Translations under genes and position numbers: made by a program
NCBI GenBank assembly: GCA_963778655.1
Contig: CAVZVA010000009.1
Location: 320,001 to 384,000, forward strand
Length of the DNA: 64,000 nt
Source: an uncultured delta proteobacterium
Lineage (GTDB): Bacteria; Myxococcota_A; Polyangia; Polyangiales; JAFGIB01
Direction: 5' to 3'
In this document: positions 47,923 to 58,045 of the stretch, in pieces
Position numbering within the stretch: the stretch's first letter is position 1
Layout: each line of letters starts with the position of its first letter
Notes under the pieces: generated by a model
Told to the model about the DNA's origin: nothing
Database searches by the model: none
What the model saw: the letters and a program-made list of their open reading frames with translations, nothing else

Positions 47923-49660
47923 TCAGCGCGAACGCCGCCTGCGGCGAGCCGCGCACGCGAGCAGCAGCGCTGGGAACAACGCAGCCCCGATCGGAGGCGC
48001 ACTACCCGCACCGATGCGACACGAGCAGCCGCCGCCGTCGCCGGTCGTGGAAACGTTCGGGGCGTCCGCTGCCCCGCTGCTCGCCGTCCCCGGCGCGAGC
48101 GCAGCGGCCCCACCGCTCGCACCTCCGCCGAGCACGGGTCCGGGGACGCCGCCCGTGGCACCGCCTCCCAATCCGCCCGTGCCGCCCGTCGCCAGGAGGC
48201 TGGCCCCGCCGGCTCCCCCGGCCGCTGCGGCTCCTGCTCCCGCCGCGTCGGCTCCGCCCGCTCCACCCATCGCGGCACCTACACCGGTGCCGCCGGCGCC
48301 CGCACCGGCGGTACCGCCCGCGCCGCTGGTGCCGCCCGCACCGCCCGCTCCGCCGCTTGCGACCAGGCCGGTTTCGAATGCGCCGAGATCCGGGGCCGCG
48401 CCCGCAAAGGGCAGGCCGATGTCCGTGCCCTTGTCGATCAGGTCGCTGCCGGCCGCGAGCTTCATGAACGCCACGTCGGGCAGGCTCCCATCGGGCTTTC
48501 GCGCAGCGTCCATTCCGGTCGAATCCACGCTCTGGAAGTCGTCGTCCGCGACCGTCACGGGCAAGCTCCACGAGCTCGAGGCGTCGTCGACGCCGCTCGC
48601 GTTGGCCGTCAGCGTGCCGCCATAGGCGAGGTCGTTGCGCAGGATGCCCACGTTCCCGTTCAGCCCGAGCAGGTTGAAGTTCGACGAGCGATTGCGATAT
48701 GCGGTGTCGTTGTCGAAGTAGACGGCAACCGGATGGTGATTCGAGTAGAAGCCGTTGGCTCGGTTCATGAAGGCCACGCAGAAGCGGATGATGTGGCTGG
48801 GCGGGCTCGCCGGCACGTTGGTCGCGGGCAGGCCGTAGCCTCCTCCCTTGAAGCCATTGCCATCGCCCTTGGCCGTCATCGCGTCGGGCTGGTAACCGTT
48901 GTTCCATGCCCATGAAATTCTCGACCGTCACGGCTTCCTGCGCCTGGATGAAGTCGAAGCCGTCGTCGCTGTTCCACCACGCGCGGCAGCCTCGAAACAC
49001 GTTTCCCGTGTCGCCCGTGCCGATGTGGCACCCGAAGCCGTCTGCGTTGGTGCCGTCGCCGCTGGACGATTTCGGGTCGTAGTTGTGGTGCGAGTCGCAG
49101 TTGAGCACCAGGTTGTTGCCGCCCTTGGCGACGAACAGCCCGGGCCCCATGTTGTGGTGCAGGTCGAGGGTTTCGAACACGTTGTTGCTGCCTGTGTTGT
49201 AGATCCCCCACGACTCGTGCTGGGTGGTGAGATTCTGCGGCACTCCCTTCAGCTCCAGCCCCTTGAGGTGGATGAAGCTCGCCGTCACCCGAAATCCCGT
49301 GATGCGCGCCGCCGCCGTCATACCGAAGAAATCGAAGATCGGCTTCTCGCCGGGATAGGCGACGTAGCTGATCGGCTTGCCGGATTGACCGCTCTTGCTG
49401 AGCACGACCGCGTCGGCGTCGGTCGAGCTCGCGTACACGTAGGTGCCGCCGCGGAAGTACACCGTGTCACCGGGTGATGCGGCGGCCTGGGCCTGCTGCA
49501 TGGTCGCGAAGGGTTGGGTCTCGGTGCCGGGGGCCGACGCGCTTCCCGTAGGAGCGACGTAGAAGTCGTCGGCCCGGGCGGGCGTGGACGCGAGCAAGAT
49601 CGAGCCGCAGCATGCGGTTACCCAGAGCGCTCGCGCCACCATCGTATGCCGGCTCCGCAT
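47923..49660 (-). CDS. PL9-like right-handed beta-helix polysaccharide lyase with MYXO-CTERM anchor, one-base frameshift at ~48916
   Basis: Signal peptide, FYVAPTG, GDTVYFRGGTY, NCDSHHNYD...NADGFG, CRAWWNSDDGFD. Removing one base restores ENSWAWNNG-...-GDGNGFKGG. Ends with a Gly-rich linker and GCSC-TM-RRRRR tail. Confidence 0.85.
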
Positions 49661-49769
49661 GGGGTCTGCAAGACTGGTGTCCCGCGCCCGCCGATCCGGG
49701 CCAGAATTCTTTCGTGGAAGGGCGCGTGCGCCACGCCCGGCGTGGACAGCCCGAGCGAAATGGCGTTCC

Positions 49770-51599
49770 ATGGGCGTCCTCTTTCACCCTCGGCGCATGC
49801 GTTCCCGTGGCCAAGATCCGTCCCGCGGCGTTCCGGCCGAGCACCGCGCGCCGCTGCTCGCGATCCTGCGTGAGCTCGAGCCGCTGCTGCGTGCGCGCGA
49901 GGCCGGCGGAACGCCGTTGCCGAGCGCGACGCTGGAGCGCGTGCTGCGTCGCCACCCCCGGCAGGGACGCGGCTTGTTCGCGCGCGGAGAGCTGATCGCG
50001 GGCTTTCGCGCATTCGGCGCCGAGGCCGGGCTGCAGCTGGATGAGCGGGTGTTCATGGAGGCCGTGCGCATGCGCCCGGTGCGCACGCAGAGCGGTGTCA
50101 CGCCGGTGACGGTCCTGACCAAGCCGTTTCCGTGCCCTGGCCGCTGCGTCTTCTGTCCCAACGACCTGCGCATGCCCAAGAGCTACCTGGCGCGCGAGCC
50201 GGGCGCCCAGCGCGCCGAGCACAATCGCTTCGATCCCTACCTGCAGGCGTACAACCGCCTGCGGGCGTTCGCCGCGATCGGCCATCCGCTCGACAAGGCC
50301 GAGTTGATCGTGCTCGGCGGCACCTTCTCGTTCTATCCGGAGAGCTACCAGCGCTGGTTCGTCAAACGCTGTTTCGACGCCATCAACGATCTCGGCCGTG
50401 GTGTGGATCGCCGCGCGCAGGCCGCCGCCGCATACGCGCCGCAGCAGCCCGGCGAGCCGCTCGCCCCGCTCGACGGCCGCGAGCGCAGCGCGCGCTACAA
50501 CCGCGAGCTGTCGCGCATGCTTCACGCTCGCCACGGTCGCACGCTCGCGGCTGCGTTCGAGCACGCCAGCTGGCAGCAGCTCGAGCAGGCGCAGCACGAC
50601 AACGAGCACGGCCGGCTGCGTAACGTCGGCCTGTCGGTGGAGACGCGTCCCGACCGTGTGGACGAGGCCGAGTTGCAACGGTTGCGCAGGCTCGGGGTCA
50701 CCAAGGTGCAGCTCGGCTACCAGAGCCTCGATGACCGCGTGCTGGCGCTGAACCAGCGCGGTCACGAGGTCGCCGCCGCTCGCCGGGCCACGCGCCTGTT
50801 GCGCGCGGCCGGCTTCAAGATCCAGGCCCATCTGATGCCGAATCTGCTCGGCTCGAGCCCGGAGCAGGACGTGGCGGACTTCCGCCGTGCGTTCGAGGAT
50901 CCCGATTTCCGGCCCGACGAGCTGAAGCTCTACCCCTGCAGCCTGATCGAAAGCGCCGAGCTGATGCAGCACTACCAGAGCGGACGCTTTCGCCCTTATA
51001 CCCAAGCCGAGCTGCTCTACGTGCTGAGGCACGCGCTGGCCGCGACGCCGCGCTACTGCAGGCTGAGCCGGGTGGTGCGCGACATCTCGTCCGAGGACAT
51101 CGTGGCGGGCAACCGCCTGGCCAATTTTCGCGAGCTGGCCGAGCGCGAGCTGCAACGGCGCGGCGAGCGCTGCCAGGACATCCGCAGCCGCGAGATCAAG
51201 CACGACCGCTTCGATCCGGCGGAGCTGCGCCTTGTGGTGACTTGCTACGCCAGCGCGATCGGGCAGGAGCAATTCATCGAGCTGGTGACGCCTCAGGACC
51301 GGCTGGTCGCGTTCGTGCGGCTATCGCTGCCCCACACGGAATCGTTCGTGGCCGAGCTCGGGCGCAGCGCCGTGATCCGCGAGCTGCACGTGTACGGCGC
51401 GTCGCTGCCACTGGGGCTGCGCGACACGAGCAGGGCTCAGCACCGCGGCCTGGGACGCCGCCTGGTCGAGCAGGCGGCCACCCGCGCTCGCGCCGCCGGC
51501 CACCACGCGCTCGCGGTGATCTCCGCCGTCGGCACCCGCGCCTATTACCGGAGCCTGGGCTTCCAGGACGGCCCGCTGTACCAGCACCTGCCGCTCTAA
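49770..51599 (+). CDS. elp3: Elp3 tRNA uridine(34) carboxymethylase (radical SAM + GNAT)
   Basis: RTQSGVTPVTVLTKP, CPGRCVFCP, MPKSY, LGGTF, ETRPD, HLMPNL, FRPDELKLYP, IRSREI, IRELHVYG, QHRGLG, VISAVGTRAYYRSLGF. Confidence 0.92.
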   Translation: MGVLFHPRRMRSRGQDPSRGVPAEHRAPLLAILRELEPLLRAREAGGTPLPSATLERVLRRHPRQGRGLFARGELIAGFRAFGAEAGLQLDERVFMEAVRMRPVRTQSGVTPVTVLTKPFPCPGRCVFCPNDLRMPKSYLAREPGAQRAEHNRFDPYLQAYNRLRAFAAIGHPLDKAELIVLGGTFSFYPESYQRWFVKRCFDAINDLGRGVDRRAQAAAAYAPQQPGEPLAPLDGRERSARYNRELSRMLHARHGRTLAAAFEHASWQQLEQAQHDNEHGRLRNVGLSVETRPDRVDEAELQRLRRLGVTKVQLGYQSLDDRVLALNQRGHEVAAARRATRLLRAAGFKIQAHLMPNLLGSSPEQDVADFRRAFEDPDFRPDELKLYPCSLIESAELMQHYQSGRFRPYTQAELLYVLRHALAATPRYCRLSRVVRDISSEDIVAGNRLANFRELAERELQRRGERCQDIRSREIKHDRFDPAELRLVVTCYASAIGQEQFIELVTPQDRLVAFVRLSLPHTESFVAELGRSAVIRELHVYGASLPLGLRDTSRAQHRGLGRRLVEQAATRARAAGHHALAVISAVGTRAYYRSLGFQDGPLYQHLPL

Positions 51600-51631
51600 G
51601 TGAGCCTCCGCGATCGCGGGCTGCGCTGTCC

Positions 51632-51949
51632 TCAGCGGCTTCGTAGATCCGGCTCGTAGGTGCATTGGGTGCCGGTGCGTATGCTGGCGGCCAGATGCTC
51701 GCCCAGGCGAGCGGAGGCCGCGCGCACCTGATCGATCGCGTGCGCAATGCGGCGCTGGACATTGCTGCGCGCTCGCTCGCTGGCCGCGCCCGCCTTGCGC
51801 TCGCGCCCGCCCCGGCCGAACGCGCGCTCGAGCTCGGCCTGAAGCGCCTCGATCTCGGCGCCGGTGCGCTCGAGGCGACCCAGGTCGCCGTCGTGCTCAG
51901 CCTGCTCGCGCAGCGCCTCGAGCTCGGCGAGCCGCGGGAACGCGCTCAC
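51632..51949 (-). CDS. Stand-alone C-terminal module of a large ATPase-regulator family (possible remnant)
   Basis: Coiled coil then ASERARSNVQRRIAHAI...HLAASIRTGTQCTYEP, a motif normally found at the end of much longer regulators; GTGA overlap with the upstream gene. Confidence 0.55.
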   Translation of the reverse strand: MSAFPRLAELEALREQAEHDGDLGRLERTGAEIEALQAELERAFGRGGRERKAGAASERARSNVQRRIAHAIDQVRAASARLGEHLAASIRTGTQCTYEPDLRSR

Positions 51950-53430
51950 TTTCCGCCGGCGCCCGAGATGGTCCTGGCGAGCTGGCCGACCGCGCTGCGG
52001 GCGCCGCCGATGAACACCATCAGCATGGTCTCGCGCACGTCGGTGGCGCGATAGCGGGCGGGGGCCTCGAAGTCGGCGCTGCGCTGCAGGGCGAGGCCGC
52101 GGCCCGCGCCGACCACCGCGGTCGTGCCGATCGCCAGGTCGTAGCCGGCGGTGCGCAGGCCGAAGCTGATCGCCACGCCAACCGTGTCGATGTGATCGGC
52201 GGCGTACACGTCGGTCATGCTCAGCACCGCCGGCGCCGCGCTGCGCTCGAAGAACAGGCCGCCGCGGATCGGGAATAGCTTTGCGACCGTGGTCTGAAAG
52301 CCGAGCGCGCCGCGCAGCGCCGCGCGGCGGTAGCTCTCCGCGGGCACGAATGCACCCAGCTGCACCTGCTTGCTCGCGACCAGCGGCAGCGGATCCTGCG
52401 GGTCACCCGCCGGACCGAACAGCGAGAGGTCGAGCGAGATCAGGCTCTCCTTCGGTCCCAGCCATGCAAGCCCCATCCGCAGCTCCCACGGCATGGGCAG
52501 CCGCACGCGCAGCCCCTCCGCACGCTCCAGCGTGATCTGCGTCGGGTCTGGTCCCACGCGGGTGGCGAACGACTCGGCGCGGGCCGTGCCCCCGAGTCGC
52601 AAGCCCGGCAGCTGCAGCATCACGCCCGCGCGCAACGCCGGAGCGAGGTCGATCAAGGTACCGAGCCGCAGCACACCGTGCTGGCCGCCGGCGGAGAGCG
52701 TGGTGCTGCCGCTGAGGGTCGAGCCCACGCTCGAGCCCTGCGGGCCGTTCTGCCGCGCGCGCAGCTCCACCTCGTCGTGCTCGATCGAGCGCAGCGCGAC
52801 GAACGTGCTCAAGCCGAGCTCGACCCCTGGCCGCACCCGATAGGCGTACGACAGGCCCAGCCAGCGCGCCTGGTCGTGGTGCCGCACTTCCAAGCGGTCG
52901 GCCGCGCTGCCGCCGCCGAGCTGCGCCACGTAGCCGCGCTCGTCGTTGTAGGGCGTGAAGTACGCGGCGCCGAGCGCGTGCGGGCGCACGCCGTCAGCCT
53001 GGCGTGGCCCCAGCTTGACCACGCCGGCCAGAAACAGCGGCAGCGATAGCGGGGACGACTGGCCGAGCTCCGCGCTGCCGAGATCGCTGCGATAGCCGTC
53101 GCGGATGCGGTGCGAGCCGCGCACCAGCGCCCACAAGCTGCCCGCGGCCGCGCTCGTGCTCAGGCTCGCGGTGCCTGCCGGATTGTGGAAGATGGCGGAG
53201 GTGTCGTCGGCGACCGCCACGAACGCGCCGGCCAGGCCGAGCGAGCGCTCGCCGACCAGGTAGCTCGAGTAGGGGCCCTCCTGGGCGCGCGCCGGGCACG
53301 CCGTTCCGGCCGTCGCGAGCGCTGCGAGCGCAACGGCGAGCGCGATGGCCGCGCGCGCTCGCGCTGCGTCGCGTGGAGCACGCCCGGCGGCCGGCGTGCG
53401 GCCGGCGCACGGGTGGGTCGCGCCGCTCAC
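51946..53430 (-). CDS. FadL/OmpP1-like outer-membrane beta-barrel
   Basis: Signal peptide, GERSLGLAGAFVAVADDTSAIFHNPAG hatch motif, amphipathic strands; GTGA overlap with the ROK gene. Confidence 0.75.
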   Translation of the reverse strand: MSGATHPCAGRTPAAGRAPRDAARARAAIALAVALAALATAGTACPARAQEGPYSSYLVGERSLGLAGAFVAVADDTSAIFHNPAGTASLSTSAAAGSLWALVRGSHRIRDGYRSDLGSAELGQSSPLSLPLFLAGVVKLGPRQADGVRPHALGAAYFTPYNDERGYVAQLGGGSAADRLEVRHHDQARWLGLSYAYRVRPGVELGLSTFVALRSIEHDEVELRARQNGPQGSSVGSTLSGSTTLSAGGQHGVLRLGTLIDLAPALRAGVMLQLPGLRLGGTARAESFATRVGPDPTQITLERAEGLRVRLPMPWELRMGLAWLGPKESLISLDLSLFGPAGDPQDPLPLVASKQVQLGAFVPAESYRRAALRGALGFQTTVAKLFPIRGGLFFERSAAPAVLSMTDVYAADHIDTVGVAISFGLRTAGYDLAIGTTAVVGAGRGLALQRSADFEAPARYRATDVRETMLMVFIGGARSAVGQLARTISGAGGK

Positions 53431-54344
53431 GCCGCCGGCCCGCGCGGCCACAACCATGCCGCGCCGCGCACGCCGCTGGAGTCGCCGTGCAGCGCGCGCG
53501 CGATCGGCAGCTCGACCCGATCGGAGAACACGTAGCCGCCGAGCCGCGCGGGTAGCTCGGCGTACAGCGCATCGATCTGCGACAGCCCGCCGCCGATCAC
53601 GATCGCGTCCGGGTCGAGCAAGTTGATCACGCAAGCGAGCGCGCGCGCCAGCCGGTCCGCGTAACGCTGCAGCGCCTGGCTTGCCAGCGGTTCGCCCGCG
53701 CTTGCCGCGCGCGCGATCTCGAGCGCGGAGCCCGCCTGCCCGCCGGCCTGCTGGTAGTCGCGCTGCAGGCCCGGTCCACTCAGGAAGGTCTCGCTGCAGC
53801 CGCGCTTGCCGCAGTAGCAGGCTGGCCCCGGGAGCTCGCCGGCCGCCGGCCACGGCAGCGGGTTGTGTCCCCACTCGCCTGCGATTGCGTGCCGTCCCGC
53901 CCACACCCGCTTGTCCACCACCACGCCGCCTCCGACCCCGGTTCCGAGAATCACCCCGAACACCACACGTGCCTCGCGCGCGGCGCCGTCCACCGCCTCC
54001 GACAGCGCGAAGCAATTGGCGTCGTTGGCGATGCGCACCTCGCGCTCGAGCACGCGGCTCAGGTCGCGATCGAGCGGGCGCCCGTTGAGGCAGACGGTGT
54101 TCGAATTGCGCAGCAGCCCGCTCGCGGGCGACAGCGCGCCCGGCGTTCCCACGCCCACGCTCGCCCGCGCGCCCAGCTGCTGCTCGGCCTCGCGCACCAG
54201 CTCGCCGATCGCATGCAGGATCGCCTGATAGTCATGTGCTGGCGTCGGCACGCGCCTGCGCTGCAGCTCGACCCCGCGCTCGTCGATCGCGAGCAGCTCG
54301 ATCTTGCTGCCTCCGAGGTCGACTCCTATGCGGACGGCGGTCAT
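53427..54344 (-). CDS. ROK-family sugar kinase (Mak/fructokinase-like)
   Basis: IGVDLGGSKIE, ANDANCFALSEA, ILGTGVGGG, AGEWGHNPLP, CYCGKRGCSE, GDSSGVRGAAWL. Confidence 0.9.
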   Translation of the reverse strand: MTAVRIGVDLGGSKIELLAIDERGVELQRRRVPTPAHDYQAILHAIGELVREAEQQLGARASVGVGTPGALSPASGLLRNSNTVCLNGRPLDRDLSRVLEREVRIANDANCFALSEAVDGAAREARVVFGVILGTGVGGGVVVDKRVWAGRHAIAGEWGHNPLPWPAAGELPGPACYCGKRGCSETFLSGPGLQRDYQQAGGQAGSALEIARAASAGEPLASQALQRYADRLARALACVINLLDPDAIVIGGGLSQIDALYAELPARLGGYVFSDRVELPIARALHGDSSGVRGAAWLWPRGPAA

Positions 54345-54377
54345 GGCACACACATCGGGCGGGTCCGGCGGCCAGCC

Positions 54378-54815
54378 TCAGCCCCCGTCCATGTCGCGTC
54401 CCGTCCCGGCGTCGCGAGCACCGGGCTGCCCCGCGTCGTGCTGCCCGCCGCTGCCCTGGCACGCGCAGTCGAAGGTGCCGTCGCTCAGGCACTTCGTCAT
54501 GCGCCCGACGCTCTCGCCGGGACACTTGTCGCACAGCACGTCCTGGCCTTCGACGCACTTCTGCGCCGGTTGCGCGGGCGGGCAAGTGCACGGCGACCAG
54601 ATCAGGTCGGGGCCGCACCTGCGATAGCCGGGGAGCTGCTCCGCGGAGCACAGGCAGCCGGTGAGCGACTGGCCGGCCTGCTGACAGGGCTGGCCGGCGT
54701 CGGCGCCGAGCGGCTCGACCTTGCTGTGTGCGCAACCCGGTGCGACCACCGCCGCAGCCAGGCCGAGAATAAGCGCGAGACCGCGCAGCTTGAGGGGCGG
54801 CGGGTTGCCCAGCAT
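54378..54815 (-). CDS. Small Cys-rich lipoprotein
   Basis: Lipobox-like APGC; two Cys-rich modules (C..GQ...C.C...G.R.C...W..C.C). Confidence 0.65.
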   Translation of the reverse strand: MLGNPPPLKLRGLALILGLAAAVVAPGCAHSKVEPLGADAGQPCQQAGQSLTGCLCSAEQLPGYRRCGPDLIWSPCTCPPAQPAQKCVEGQDVLCDKCPGESVGRMTKCLSDGTFDCACQGSGGQHDAGQPGARDAGTGRDMDGG

Positions 54816-55034
54816 CTTCTGCTCCTGCAAACCGCCGGGAGGCGGTAGCTGATGAAGATATCACGCCACGCCGGGGCTCGCGTGGCAGGATGCGTCCCGG
54901 GGCGGCCTGGAGGGCGGCGGCGTGCCGCGCCGAATCTCCGCACTTTCCCGGCATCCGTCGGGTGTTCATGGCGAGGGCTTGAAATGGGCGGGCCTCGGCT
55001 GCTATCCGACTTCCCCACACTTGCGGAGGACAAG

Positions 55035-56117
55035 ATGAAGGCCGTCGTCGCCCACGAGCTCAATCGGATCGCGGTGGAGGATGTCGCGCTGGAGCCGCCC
55101 AAGGCGCACGAGGTGCAGGTCAAGATGGCGGCCGCCGGGGTGTGCCACTCCGACCTGTCGGTCATCAACGGCACGATTCCGCAGCCGCTCCCGATCGTGC
55201 TGGGCCACGAAGGCGCGGGCGTGGTGGAAGCGGTGGGTGAGGGCGTGACCCACTGCAAGCCCGGCGATCACGTGGTGATGTCGTTCGTGCCCAACTGCGG
55301 GCGCTGCTTCCACTGCGTGCGCGGCGAGGCCTTCCTGTGCCGCGCGCTGCCGCGCGGCGCCACCATGCTCGACGGCACCAGCCGGCTCAAGCTGGGCGAC
55401 AAGTCGCTCGCCGCGTTCTGCTCCCTCGGCAACATGGCCGAGCACGTGGTCTGCCCGGCCATCAGCGTGGTGCCGATCTCCAAGGAGATTCCGCTCAAGG
55501 TCGCGGCGCTGATCGGCTGCGGCGTCACCACCGGCGTGGGCGCGGCGATCAACACCGCCAAGGTCGAGCCGGGCTCCACCGTCGCGGTGTTCGGCTGCGG
55601 CGGCGTGGGCATCGCCACCATCCAGGGCGCGCGCATCGCGGGCGCGTCGCGCATCTTCGCGGTCGACGTCGCCGACGAGAAGCTCGAGCTGGCCAAGCGC
55701 TTCGGCGCGACCGACGCGGTGCGCGCGGACGGAGCGCAAAAGGCGATCATGGAGCAGACCAAGGGCATCGGCGTCGACTACGCCTTCGAGGTCATCGGCA
55801 AGGCGGCGGTGGTCGAGACCGCGATGAACGTGACGCGCCGCGGCGGCACCACCGTCGCGGTGGGTGTGGGCAAGCTGGCCGAGAGCATCAAGCTCAACGC
55901 TCTGGTGTTTCCGCTCTCGGGTAAGAAGCTGTGTGGATGTATGTTCGGCAGCGCCAATCCCTTGCACGACTTCCCGAAGCTGCTCGACCTCTATCGCGGT
56001 GGAATGCTCGACCTCGAGGGAATGGTTACCCAGACCTACACCATCGACCAAGCGCCCAAGGCGTTCGAGGACTTGGAGAAGGGCGTCAACGCGCGCGGCG
56101 TGATCATCTTCTCCTGA
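55035..56117 (+). CDS. Zn-dependent alcohol dehydrogenase (class III-like MDR)
   Basis: GVCHSD, GHEGAG, CGRCFHC..GEAFLC, GCGVTTG, GCGGVG; GGAGG SD. Confidence 0.92.
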   Translation: MKAVVAHELNRIAVEDVALEPPKAHEVQVKMAAAGVCHSDLSVINGTIPQPLPIVLGHEGAGVVEAVGEGVTHCKPGDHVVMSFVPNCGRCFHCVRGEAFLCRALPRGATMLDGTSRLKLGDKSLAAFCSLGNMAEHVVCPAISVVPISKEIPLKVAALIGCGVTTGVGAAINTAKVEPGSTVAVFGCGGVGIATIQGARIAGASRIFAVDVADEKLELAKRFGATDAVRADGAQKAIMEQTKGIGVDYAFEVIGKAAVVETAMNVTRRGGTTVAVGVGKLAESIKLNALVFPLSGKKLCGCMFGSANPLHDFPKLLDLYRGGMLDLEGMVTQTYTIDQAPKAFEDLEKGVNARGVIIFS

Positions 56118-56165
56118 GTGACGGTTGCCATGGTGTTTGGCAGGCCTGCATAATTGCGGGCAGCC

Positions 56166-57953
56166 GTGGATTCGCAGCCGCCCCTACCCGTTACCGGGCC
56201 GTCCGCGAAGAGCTCGGGCCCGCCCGCCACCCTACCGCCCGATCCAGCGCGGCACCGCAAGCAGCTGCAGGCGATCATGGAGATCGCCTGGGCCGTGAGC
56301 TCGGCGCTCGACGTCGATGCCTTGTTGCCGCGCATCATCGACAAGGTCACCGACATCATCAAAGCCGATCGCTCGACCTTCTTCGTCGTCGACCGCGCCA
56401 AGGGCGAGCTGTGGTCGAAAGTCGCCCAGGGCGACAAGCCCACAGAGATCCGGTTGCGCCTGGGCGAGGGCATCGCCGGCTTCGTGGCGCAGAGCGGCGA
56501 GACAGTTAATCTCGCCGATGCCTATGACGACGAGCGCTTCGACCGCTCGTGGGACGAGCAGAGCGGCTATCGCACGCGCTCGCTGCTGTGCGTGCCCATC
56601 TACGATCGCACGCTCAGCGTGATCGCGGTCATCCAGTGCCTGAACAAGCACGGCAGGCGGCGCTTCGTCGAGGAGGACGAAGAGCTGCTGCGCTGCGTGT
56701 CGGGGCAGTGCGCGATCGCGCTCGAGAACGCCTTCCTCTACGAAGCACTGTTGCAGCGCAACCGCGCGCTGCAGGAGGCGGAGGCGAGCGTTCGCCGCGC
56801 CCATGCCGAGCTCGAGATCCTGTATGACCTGGAGCGGCAGATCTCCGAGGCTTCCGACGTGGACGCGCTGCTGGCGGAGATGCTGCAGCGCGTGTGCGCG
56901 CTGCTCAAGGTCGACGGTGCGGCGATCCTGCTGGTGGGCGAGGGCGGTGGCCGGCTGTTCGGCTTCGCGATGGGCGCCGCCGGGCCGTCGTTGCAGAAGC
57001 TGCAGGGGCAGGCCGCGCGCGCGCTGCTCGGCCACGTTCCGCTTCCGGTTCACCGCCTGCACGACCCGGGCGCGGCTCCGCCCGGCGTGCTGGTGCCGGT
57101 GTCGCCCGCGCTCGAGGTGCGCGAAACCTTCACCGCACCGCTGTCCGGGGCGCACACCGCCATCGGCATGCTCCAGCTGGTCAATCGCCAGGACCCGGGC
57201 GCGTCGGCGGAGTGGCTGCTGCGCATGGTCGCGCTGCTCGCCGGGCAGGTGGCCCGCGGCATCCTGGTCAAACGCGAGCGAGCCGAAAGCGAGCGCGCGG
57301 AGCGGCTGGCGCTGCTCGGCCACTCGGTGGGCGCGATCCTGCACGACATGCGCACACCGATGACGGCGGTCGGTGGCTACGCCGAGCTGATGGCCGGCGA
57401 GGACGACGCGACAGTGCGGGAGGACTATGTGGCGCGCATCGGGCGCGCGCTCGAGCACATGGAGACAATGACGCAGGAGGTGTTGGCCTTCGCGCGCGGC
57501 AAGCGCGAGGTGCTGATGCAGAAGGTGTACATGGACCGCTTCGTCGGCGCGGTTCGCGAAATGCTGCTGCCCGAAACCCAGCACTATGGCGTGAGCCTGG
57601 TGGTCAATGCCGAATACGACGGCGTGGCGCGCTTCGACGAGAGCAAGCTCAAACGCGTGCTGTTCAATCTCGCGCGCAACGCCTGCCAGGCCATGGGGGA
57701 GGGCGGCACCTTCACCTGGACGGTCCGGCGCGAGGCCGACCAGCTGGTGTTCGAGTGCGCGGACACCGGGCCCGGAATTCCAAAGGCGATGGAGGACAAG
57801 CTGTTCGAGTCCTTCGCCAGCCATGGCAAGCCCGACGGCACCGGCCTGGGCTTGGCGATGGCCAAGAAGATCATCGACGCCCACTGCGGCATGATCGAGT
57901 GCCGCTCGGAGCCGGGGCGCGGCGCTACCTTTCGCATCGAGCTGCCATGCTGA
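56166..57953 (+). CDS. Cytoplasmic GAF-GAF sensor histidine kinase
   Basis: GAF with GIAGFVA...DAYDDERF...RTRSLLCVP; H-box LHDMRTPM; N-box NLARNA, DTGPGI, GTGLGL. Confidence 0.92.
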   Translation: MDSQPPLPVTGPSAKSSGPPATLPPDPARHRKQLQAIMEIAWAVSSALDVDALLPRIIDKVTDIIKADRSTFFVVDRAKGELWSKVAQGDKPTEIRLRLGEGIAGFVAQSGETVNLADAYDDERFDRSWDEQSGYRTRSLLCVPIYDRTLSVIAVIQCLNKHGRRRFVEEDEELLRCVSGQCAIALENAFLYEALLQRNRALQEAEASVRRAHAELEILYDLERQISEASDVDALLAEMLQRVCALLKVDGAAILLVGEGGGRLFGFAMGAAGPSLQKLQGQAARALLGHVPLPVHRLHDPGAAPPGVLVPVSPALEVRETFTAPLSGAHTAIGMLQLVNRQDPGASAEWLLRMVALLAGQVARGILVKRERAESERAERLALLGHSVGAILHDMRTPMTAVGGYAELMAGEDDATVREDYVARIGRALEHMETMTQEVLAFARGKREVLMQKVYMDRFVGAVREMLLPETQHYGVSLVVNAEYDGVARFDESKLKRVLFNLARNACQAMGEGGTFTWTVRREADQLVFECADTGPGIPKAMEDKLFESFASHGKPDGTGLGLAMAKKIIDAHCGMIECRSEPGRGATFRIELPC

Positions 57954-58017
57954 CCCCACCATCCCAGCGCCTGGGCGCGCGCTTCCGTCGTGGTCGATCT
58001 TTCAGCGACGCGTTTTT

Positions 58018-58045
58018 CAACCGGCCGCGCGTTCTCGCCCTCTAT
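58018..58045 (+). promoter_or_regulatory. Candidate ECF-type promoter
   Basis: CAACC-17 nt-CTCTAT; same core and spacing as 29038-29065. Confidence 0.4.

Noticed and set aside
48050..48360. Low-complexity GC repeats (also 59550-59630)
   Set aside because: They encode Gly/Ala/Ser linkers of secreted proteins and are not independent elements.
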